64,000 bases of DNA from an uncultured Clostridia bacterium. Its GTDB lineage: Bacteria; Bacillota; Clostridia; Christensenellales; UBA3700. Location of the stretch: positions 254,560-318,559 of the forward strand of contig CALGRX010000017.1 of assembly GCA_937880755.1 (NCBI GenBank), given 5' to 3'. Shown piece by piece: positions 57,460-64,000 of this stretch; positions within the stretch are counted from its first letter, which is position 1, and each line of letters opens with the position of its first letter. The notes under the pieces were generated by a model. It did no database searches. It had not been told where the DNA came from and worked only from the letters and a program-made list of their open reading frames with translations. The position numbers and the translations under genes were made by a program.

Positions 57460-57651
57460 ATGGCAGTACCAAAGGGAAAAACGTCTAAACAAAGAAAGCA
57501 TACAAGATCGGCTAACTGGAAAATCAGCGCTCCGTCTCTCGTTGAGTGCGGACATTGCCACGAGCTGAAAGAAAATCATAAAGTTTGCCCAAATTGCGGA
57601 TACTATGACGGACAACAAGTCGTAGTTAAGAAAGAAAAGAAGGCTGACTAA
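57460..57651 (+). CDS. rpmF: 50S ribosomal protein L32
   Basis: Track ORF trimmed to ATG 57460 (GGAGGTG upstream). MAVPKGKTSKQRKHTRSANWK plus a CxxC..CxxC zinc ribbon. Confidence 0.93.
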   Translation: MAVPKGKTSKQRKHTRSANWKISAPSLVECGHCHELKENHKVCPNCGYYDGQQVVVKKEKKAD

Positions 57652-57671
57652 TTATCGTTATGATTGACTAC

Positions 57672-57704
57672 GATATCCACCTAAATCGGGTGGATATTTT
57701 TTTG
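57672..57704 (+). terminator. terminator after rpmF
   Basis: Stem gatatccac / gtggatatc followed by T7. Confidence 0.8.
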
Positions 57705-57810
57705 TATTTTAGCTATTCGTTTTGATTATTTGACGACAAGTTTACCAATTTGATATTGACAAATTATAATATTTTATTTAAAATATAAAATGATATACTA
57801 TGGAGGCTCT

Positions 57811-58851
57811 ATGGATAATACGAGAGTTATTGTGGACTGCTACGGCGGGGACAACTGTCCGCAAGCAGCCGTTGTGGGCGCTGTAGACGCGTTGAAAAAG
57901 GACGACACGGTTAGCGTTGTGTTGACGGGTAAAAGACAAGAGATAGAAAGCATATTGGCAACCTGCGATTACGACCGTTCTAGATTAGAAATAATCGACG
58001 CCGATGAAGTCATCACCAACGACGAATCGCCGGCTATGGCTATTAGACGCAAGAAAAATTCTTCTATGGTGGTTGGGCTTAGATATCTAGCCGACGGCAG
58101 CGCCGACGCAATGGTGTCTTCGGGCAACACGGGTGCTTTGCTTACGGGCGCAAGCGTAATAGTCAAATTGATTGACGGCGTTACGAGGGCTTCGTTGTCC
58201 GCGGTAAGTCCGCAGGTGGACGACGGCAAGTACGTGGTTATCGTGGACGGCGGCGCCAACGTAGATTGCAAGCCTAATATGCTACTCGAGTTTGCCGTAA
58301 TGGGCGAGGCGCTTATGAAGTCGTGCTACGGAGTAGAGAATCCTAGAGTTGCTTTGCTTAGCAACGGCGCAGAAGAAGAGAAGGGCAACGACTTGACCAA
58401 AGAGGCGCACGCTCTGCTCAAAGAGAGTAACCTCAACTTCGTGGGCAATATCGAGGCGAGATATTTGATGAACGACCTTGCCGACGTGGTGGTAAACGAC
58501 GGTTGGTCGGGTAATATGGTTATAAAAGCCAGCGAAGGTATGGCGCTCAATATGTTTGAACTCATCAAGCGCAATATCAAGAGCGGTGGTCTTAGAGCCA
58601 AGCTCGGCTACTTGATGCTAAAACCTGCTCTGAGAGGCGTCAAAAAGAAGTTTAACAGCGACGAGATTGGCGGTGGTATATTCTTGGGCGTCAACAAGGT
58701 AGTTATGAAGGCGCACGGCTCGTCGAGCGCCAAGGCTTTTTGCAACGCGATACTTGCTTGCGCGCAAGCGGTACGAAACGGCACGATTGACAATATTCGT
58801 CAAGGTTTGGCGGACAACTCACATCTAAAACGAGAGGATAATAAGGCGTAA
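57811..58851 (+). CDS. plsX: phosphate acyltransferase PlsX
   Basis: Track ORF trimmed to MDNTRVIVDCYGGDN (family pattern xxxDxMGGD). SSGNTGAL motif. Confidence 0.9.
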   Translation: MDNTRVIVDCYGGDNCPQAAVVGAVDALKKDDTVSVVLTGKRQEIESILATCDYDRSRLEIIDADEVITNDESPAMAIRRKKNSSMVVGLRYLADGSADAMVSSGNTGALLTGASVIVKLIDGVTRASLSAVSPQVDDGKYVVIVDGGANVDCKPNMLLEFAVMGEALMKSCYGVENPRVALLSNGAEEEKGNDLTKEAHALLKESNLNFVGNIEARYLMNDLADVVVNDGWSGNMVIKASEGMALNMFELIKRNIKSGGLRAKLGYLMLKPALRGVKKKFNSDEIGGGIFLGVNKVVMKAHGSSSAKAFCNAILACAQAVRNGTIDNIRQGLADNSHLKREDNKA

Positions 58852-58853
58852 TT

Positions 58854-59504
58854 ATGTCCAAAAAACTGGAACAATTGATAGGATATACCTTCCAAGACCC
58901 GACGCTTCTCACCACAGCGCTCACACATTCTTCTTACGGACATAGACACGGTGTGCCCGACTACGAGAGGTTGGAATTTTTGGGCGACAGTATATTGGAT
59001 ATGGTGATAAGCGAAGAGCTGTATAGACAATATCCGCGCGACGACGAGGGGTTGCTGACGACCAAGAGAGCCTTTGTAGTCAAGGGCGAAACGTTGAAGA
59101 AGGTTTCGCTATCTATGGGGCTGGACAAGTATATGCTGATATTGGACAACGCCGTGCTTGACAAGGCGTATAGCGACGTGTTCGAGTCTATAACGGGAGC
59201 AATTTTTCTGGATGGGGGATTCGGACAAGCCAAAGATTTCGTTTTGAGATGGCTACAAGACTATATCGACGATACTCGCCAAGACTCCAAAGAGGACTAC
59301 AAATCTAGGCTCAAGGAGATGTTCGAGGGTGAAAAGATAGAATATCGGTTGATATCCAAAGAGGGTAGTGACAACGAGCCGATATTTACCGTGAGATTGG
59401 TGTTAGGCGGAAAAGTAATGGCGGAAGAAAAGGGCAGTAGAAAAAAACTAGCCGAACAAAATTGTGCCAAAGAGGCGCTGAAAAAATTGAATAAAATAAG
59501 ATAA
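58854..59504 (+). CDS. rnc: ribonuclease III
   Basis: RNase III signature ERLEFLGDSILD plus a C-terminal dsRBD. Confidence 0.95.
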   Translation: MSKKLEQLIGYTFQDPTLLTTALTHSSYGHRHGVPDYERLEFLGDSILDMVISEELYRQYPRDDEGLLTTKRAFVVKGETLKKVSLSMGLDKYMLILDNAVLDKAYSDVFESITGAIFLDGGFGQAKDFVLRWLQDYIDDTRQDSKEDYKSRLKEMFEGEKIEYRLISKEGSDNEPIFTVRLVLGGKVMAEEKGSRKKLAEQNCAKEALKKLNKIR

Positions 59505-59543
59505 TAAACAAGCAAAATATGCAAATATTGCGGAGGAAAAAAT

Positions 59544-60338
59544 ATGTGCTTTGAAACCAAAAAGGAAAGATTAGAAAGAAACAAAAAGACGCTTGCCGAT
59601 TGCGTGGTAGACGTAGATACTATGATTGCTATCGCAGACGGACATTCCAATACGATAGAAAAACTGAGCAAAATCAAAGAAAAATTGGCAAATACCAATC
59701 CATCTTCGGAAAAAGACGTGGTCAAAATGGACAAAAAGGTAAAAAAATATCTCGCCAAGCTGTCCAAAAAGATAAAGAAATACGCTGTAAACGGCAAGCT
59801 CTACAAGGTAGAAAAAGACCTCAAAAAACTTGAGATTATGATTGTGGAAAGGGGTTGCGTAAGTAGAAAGAGCAGTACTTGCGACGAAAAGGACTTCGTT
59901 GTCAAAGACGGCGTGTTGACGGCTTACAAGGGCAACGATAGCGTGGTGATTTTGCCTAACAGCGTCAAAATTATAGGCGAAAAAGCCTTCTATTACAACG
60001 AAAGCATAAGCGAAGTCGAGCTTGGCGCAAGCGTGCATACTATTATGTCCAAGGCTTTCGAGGGTTGCAGAGCTCTCAACTACTTCGTAGCGTACGAGGG
60101 ATTGTCCTCTATTGGTGACGACGCATTCTACAATTGCACGTCGCTTGCCGAGGTGGTACTAGAAGAAGGCTTGACGACTATCGGTAGATACGCCTTTGCC
60201 AAGTGCCCTAACTTGTATGCAATCAAGTTGCCAAAGAGTGTGGTCAAGATAGGCGAAAAGGCGTTTTTCCTAGATAGCAATTTGGCAGGCAAGACCAAGA
60301 GAAAAATCAAGAAAATCAACAAAAAGGCATTGGGCTGA
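59544..60338 (+). CDS. BspA-type leucine-rich-repeat protein with a lysine-rich coiled-coil N-terminus, no signal peptide
   Basis: Repeats of the IGEKAF/IGDDAF/IGRYAF..C..L type (LRR_5-like). N-terminal 110 aa is K/E-rich. Confidence 0.65.
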   Translation: MCFETKKERLERNKKTLADCVVDVDTMIAIADGHSNTIEKLSKIKEKLANTNPSSEKDVVKMDKKVKKYLAKLSKKIKKYAVNGKLYKVEKDLKKLEIMIVERGCVSRKSSTCDEKDFVVKDGVLTAYKGNDSVVILPNSVKIIGEKAFYYNESISEVELGASVHTIMSKAFEGCRALNYFVAYEGLSSIGDDAFYNCTSLAEVVLEEGLTTIGRYAFAKCPNLYAIKLPKSVVKIGEKAFFLDSNLAGKTKRKIKKINKKALG

Positions 60339-60348
60339 GAGGTAAAAA

Positions 60349-63300
60349 TTGAATTTTAAGAGAATAGAAGTATTTGGATTTAAGTCCTTTGCCGATAAGG
60401 TTGAGGTAAACTTCGACGACGGAATTACCGCCATAGTCGGACCTAACGGTTGCGGAAAGAGCAACGTTGCCGACACAATAAGGTGGGTGCTCGGTGAACA
60501 GAGCGCAAGACTACTGAGAGGTAAGAGCATGCAAGACGTTATCTTCAACGGTACTGCGCGCCGTAAGCCTCTTTCGTATTGCGAGGCTTCGCTCGTCTTT
60601 GACAATTCTAAGCGCATTTTTCCCGACTTTGAATACGAAGAGGTCATCATCACCCGAAAACTATATCGTTCGGGCGAGAGCGAATACCTCATCAACAAGA
60701 CCCCTTGTCGTCTCAAGGACGTGCAAGACTTGATACGCGATACGGGACTCGGCAGAGAGGGATACAGTATTGTCGGTCAAGGACGTATCGACGAAATCGT
60801 CAACGCAAGACCAAAGGACAGGCGTAGTATATTCGAGGACGCCGCGGGCATACTCAAGTTTAAGCAACGCAAGATAGAGTCGGAGCGAAAGCTTGCGCGC
60901 ACTCAAGAGAATATCCAACAACTCGACTACATTATCAAAGAAGCCGAGCGTATCTTAGGACCGCTCGAAAAGCAAGCGAACGACGCCAAAAAGTTTTTGG
61001 AATTGCGCGATAGATTGAGAGTACTCGAAGCCAACGAATACGTATATAAATACGAAAACAACGACGGACAAAAGAGAGCCATACTAGCCAAATTGACGGG
61101 CATAGAGGAAGAATATGCCCTCAAAGAGAGTGCCGTCAAAGAGATAGAAGAAAAGTATAGTCAAAAGATAAACGAGCAAAACGACGTAGACAATTATATC
61201 TCTCAGCTGAGAGACAGACAGACCGAGATGGCGGTGTACGCCGAGTCGATAAAGGGACAGGGAAGTACCCTCTCCGAGCGTATCTCTCAGCTCAAGAGTC
61301 AACGCAAAGATTACGCCGACAGAATACTGTCGTATGAGGAAGAAATCGACAAAAAGTCGATACAGCTCGATGATTTTTGCAGTAGGCTCAATATGGAAAA
61401 CGAGGACAAGGCGGACAAAGTGGCTCGTCTCAGAGCCTTGGATAGAGAATATCTTGAGCTTGTGGGCGAGATTACGTCTGGCGAGAGAAGTATAGAGGAA
61501 TCTAACTTAGAATTGCTCAAAGCCATAGAGAGTATAGGCGAAATCAAAGCCGACCTAGGCAAGCTGGGCGCGGAGAGAGATATCTCGCTCACCCGTATTG
61601 CCGAGCTAAAGCAAGAGATAGACGACGTCAAGAGCCGTATAGAGAGCGACGAAAGACTAAAACGTAACTACGAAGAGTCGGTGGAGAGGTTTAGGAAGGA
61701 CAAGTCCAAGCTCGCACAAAACAAAAACGAAGTTATGGTCGAGGTGGCTGAGCTAAAAGCCAGAGTGGAAAAGGCAAGAGAGGATGCCAAAAACCTTATG
61801 GGTAGCATTCAGTCCTTCGAGATGAAGTGCAAAATACTCACCGACCTCAAAAACGAGTACGGAAGCTTCGGCGGAGCGGTGCAAAGGCTTATGCAAGCCT
61901 CCAAAAAGGACGAGGCGGTAGGAGGTCGCATTCAAGGCTTGGTGGCGGAACTAATTAGCGTACCTAAACAGTTGGAAACGGCTATCGAAATGGCGCTAGG
62001 CAACAATATGCAAAACATCGTCACCGAGGACGAAGAGGACGCCAAGTACCTAATAGAATACCTCAAAGTCAATAGATTGGGTAGAGTGACCTTCTTGCCT
62101 ATGACGGCGTACAAACCGAGAGACTTGGAGAGCGTCTATATGCCAATCCTTAGAGAAAAGGGTTGTCTCGGCATTACCTCCAAACTCATCTCTTACGACG
62201 ACAAGTATTACAATATCTTTTCGGGACTACTCGGTCGCACCTTGATATGCGAGGATATGGACTGCGCCGTTGCGATATCCAAAAAGTACCGTTACGCCGT
62301 CAAAATCGTCACCTTGCAGGGCGACGTAATCAATACGACGGGTAGTATGACGGGTGGCTCAAAGAAGTCGGATTCCTCCAACGTCCTCAGTCAAGAGCGC
62401 GAGATAGAAAACGCGACCAAGATGCTAGCCAAAGCCAAAGAAAACTACGCCGAGGCTATGCGTATATTCAAGCAAGGCAACGAAGAACTCGAAGAGTTGC
62501 AAGCGCAACTGAGCGAATACGAAGAAGAAGTCAAAAACGCCGAAGTTGCTTACGCTACCGAAAACGGCAAGTTGGACAAGGTTGTGTCCAAACTCGGCGA
62601 ATTGCTCGACACTCTGCACAATCGCACGACCCAAAAGGAAATCCTCGAAGCCAAGGTCAAGTACATAGACGAGGCTATCGCCAATATCGACCGCAAGGGC
62701 ATGGACGTGCAAGGCGCAAGAAACAACGCCGACGACGAAGCAATCAAACGCAAAGCCGAGTTTGACGCCAAGAAAAAGCGCAAGGACGAGTTGTCGGGAC
62801 TTATCACCGATATCAAGGTGAAAATATCAACTATCGAGAGCGAAATAGAGAGTCTAAACGCCAATATCGAGCGTGTGCAAGGCGAAATTGCGGGACTAAA
62901 AGAGTCGCTTGTAAATGCCAAAAAGATTGTGGCAAGCCTAGACGAGAAGATTTATCAAACCGAAAACAACCTCAACACGGCAGTGGTGAGCGAAGAGGAC
63001 AAAAAGCAATATCAAGCCCTCATCGACAAGATTAATTCTTTGGACGACTACAAGAAGAAGTTGAGTGCCGAGATAGTGTCGCTCAACGCCGACAAGGACG
63101 CTCTATCCAAGGAGATTTTGTCGCTGAGCGAAGCCAAAATCAAACAACAAAACGCACTCGAGAAGATAGACGAGTTGATGACGGCTCTGCAAATACATAT
63201 TGCCGAAGAGTACAACTTGGACTACGACGGATGTCTATTGTACAAGCAAGACGACTTCGACCCCGTGAGCAGTCAAAGCGAAATCAACAAGCTAAAACGC

Positions 63301-63948
63301 GAAAAGAACGCTCTCGGCGCGGTCAACGTCGACGCGATAGAACAGTTCCGCATAGAAGGCGAGATTTACGCCGAGCGAAAACTTCAACGCGACGATATGC
63401 AACAGACGGCGGACGACCTCAAGAAGATTATCGCAGAGATGGCTAAGGAAATGAAGACTCGCTTCGATAGCGAATTCCAAAAAATCAACGCCAACTTCTC
63501 GGCAGTATTCAAAGAACTCTTTGGCGGCGGCAACGGCAAGTTGGTAATCGAGGACGTAGAGGAGGGCGAAGACCCACTCGAGGCAGGCATAGAGATTTAC
63601 GCCGAATTGCCGGGCAAGACTCTCAAGTCGTTGACCTTGTATAGCGGTGGCGAAAAGGCACTCATAGCCATTGCGATACTCTTTGCAATACTCAAACTCA
63701 AGCCAATGCCATTCTGCGTGCTTGACGAGATAGAGGCGGCGCTCGACGACGCCAACGCGGGCTTGTTCGCCAAATACCTCAGTAGATTTAGCAAAGGCAC
63801 GCAATTTATCGTCATCACCCACCGTAAGCCTACTATGGAACTTGCCGACAGACTATACGGCGTAACCATGCAGGAGAAGGGTGTGTCGAAGATGGTGTCG
63901 GTGTCGCTGGCGGAAGCGGTTAAGCATAGTTCCTCTGACAACGAGTGA
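60349..63948 (+). CDS. smc: chromosome partition protein Smc
   Basis: TTG start. Walker A GPNGCGKSN, long coiled coils with a hinge, signature LYSGGEKAL, Walker B FCVLDEIEAALD. Confidence 0.95.
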   Translation: MNFKRIEVFGFKSFADKVEVNFDDGITAIVGPNGCGKSNVADTIRWVLGEQSARLLRGKSMQDVIFNGTARRKPLSYCEASLVFDNSKRIFPDFEYEEVIITRKLYRSGESEYLINKTPCRLKDVQDLIRDTGLGREGYSIVGQGRIDEIVNARPKDRRSIFEDAAGILKFKQRKIESERKLARTQENIQQLDYIIKEAERILGPLEKQANDAKKFLELRDRLRVLEANEYVYKYENNDGQKRAILAKLTGIEEEYALKESAVKEIEEKYSQKINEQNDVDNYISQLRDRQTEMAVYAESIKGQGSTLSERISQLKSQRKDYADRILSYEEEIDKKSIQLDDFCSRLNMENEDKADKVARLRALDREYLELVGEITSGERSIEESNLELLKAIESIGEIKADLGKLGAERDISLTRIAELKQEIDDVKSRIESDERLKRNYEESVERFRKDKSKLAQNKNEVMVEVAELKARVEKAREDAKNLMGSIQSFEMKCKILTDLKNEYGSFGGAVQRLMQASKKDEAVGGRIQGLVAELISVPKQLETAIEMALGNNMQNIVTEDEEDAKYLIEYLKVNRLGRVTFLPMTAYKPRDLESVYMPILREKGCLGITSKLISYDDKYYNIFSGLLGRTLICEDMDCAVAISKKYRYAVKIVTLQGDVINTTGSMTGGSKKSDSSNVLSQEREIENATKMLAKAKENYAEAMRIFKQGNEELEELQAQLSEYEEEVKNAEVAYATENGKLDKVVSKLGELLDTLHNRTTQKEILEAKVKYIDEAIANIDRKGMDVQGARNNADDEAIKRKAEFDAKKKRKDELSGLITDIKVKISTIESEIESLNANIERVQGEIAGLKESLVNAKKIVASLDEKIYQTENNLNTAVVSEEDKKQYQALIDKINSLDDYKKKLSAEIVSLNADKDALSKEILSLSEAKIKQQNALEKIDELMTALQIHIAEEYNLDYDGCLLYKQDDFDPVSSQSEINKLKREKNALGAVNVDAIEQFRIEGEIYAERKLQRDDMQQTADDLKKIIAEMAKEMKTRFDSEFQKINANFSAVFKELFGGGNGKLVIEDVEEGEDPLEAGIEIYAELPGKTLKSLTLYSGGEKALIAIAILFAILKLKPMPFCVLDEIEAALDDANAGLFAKYLSRFSKGTQFIVITHRKPTMELADRLYGVTMQEKGVSKMVSVSLAEAVKHSSSDNE

Positions 63949-64000
63949 CACCATATCAAACAATAGAAAAGCCGTCCCTGTGTAAGGGTTGTCAAAAAAG

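Overview
This is a chromosomal window from a Firmicutes/Clostridia-like genome. The assignment rests on ctsR-mcsA-mcsB-clpC, ylbJ, tmcAL and tRNA genes that all encode CCA. Most of the window is housekeeping and carbohydrate metabolism. In order it contains: ppdK; a glucuronide/hexuronate locus (GH2 hydrolase and GPH symporter, divergent from uxaC-uxuA-SDR-eda-kdgK); dinB sitting in a dense field of hairpin-rich repeats; galU; the class III heat-shock operon with a textbook CtsR box; and hpf. It continues with two very large lipobox surface proteins flanking a CPA2 antiporter; an OmpR / 7TMR-DISM two-component pair; an orphan DegT aminotransferase; and a TetR-headed ABC-2 efflux operon carrying a decayed DUF4097 gene. 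The last third holds a 9-tRNA array, typA, rdgB, an aconitase-family hydratase, a single-ORF RsmD-CoaD fusion, ylbJ, tmcAL, pta-ackA and rpmF-plsX-rnc-(LRR protein)-smc. The only clearly accessory DNA is an AT-rich islet of about 3 kb (39.8-42.9 kb) between the efflux operon and the tRNA array. It is bounded by a perfect 37-nt direct repeat and ends in a 5'-truncated tyrosine recombinase. Inside it are a minus-strand unit with a consensus promoter, a structured region of about 90 nt and an intrinsic terminator (candidate small RNA or leader). Downstream of that unit is a DUF2442 gene whose stop overlaps, at an A8 run, a start-less XRE HTH frame in the +1 phase. I found no recognisable defence, CRISPR, toxin or biosynthetic system. 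Other points worth a second look: MITE-like inverted and direct repeats bracketing dinB, a recurring 16-bp palindrome (GTCGATACGTATCGAC) in intergenic regions, and several 1-nt homopolymer frame breaks that look like assembly indels. All product calls come from motif recognition by eye and gene context; no database search was run.
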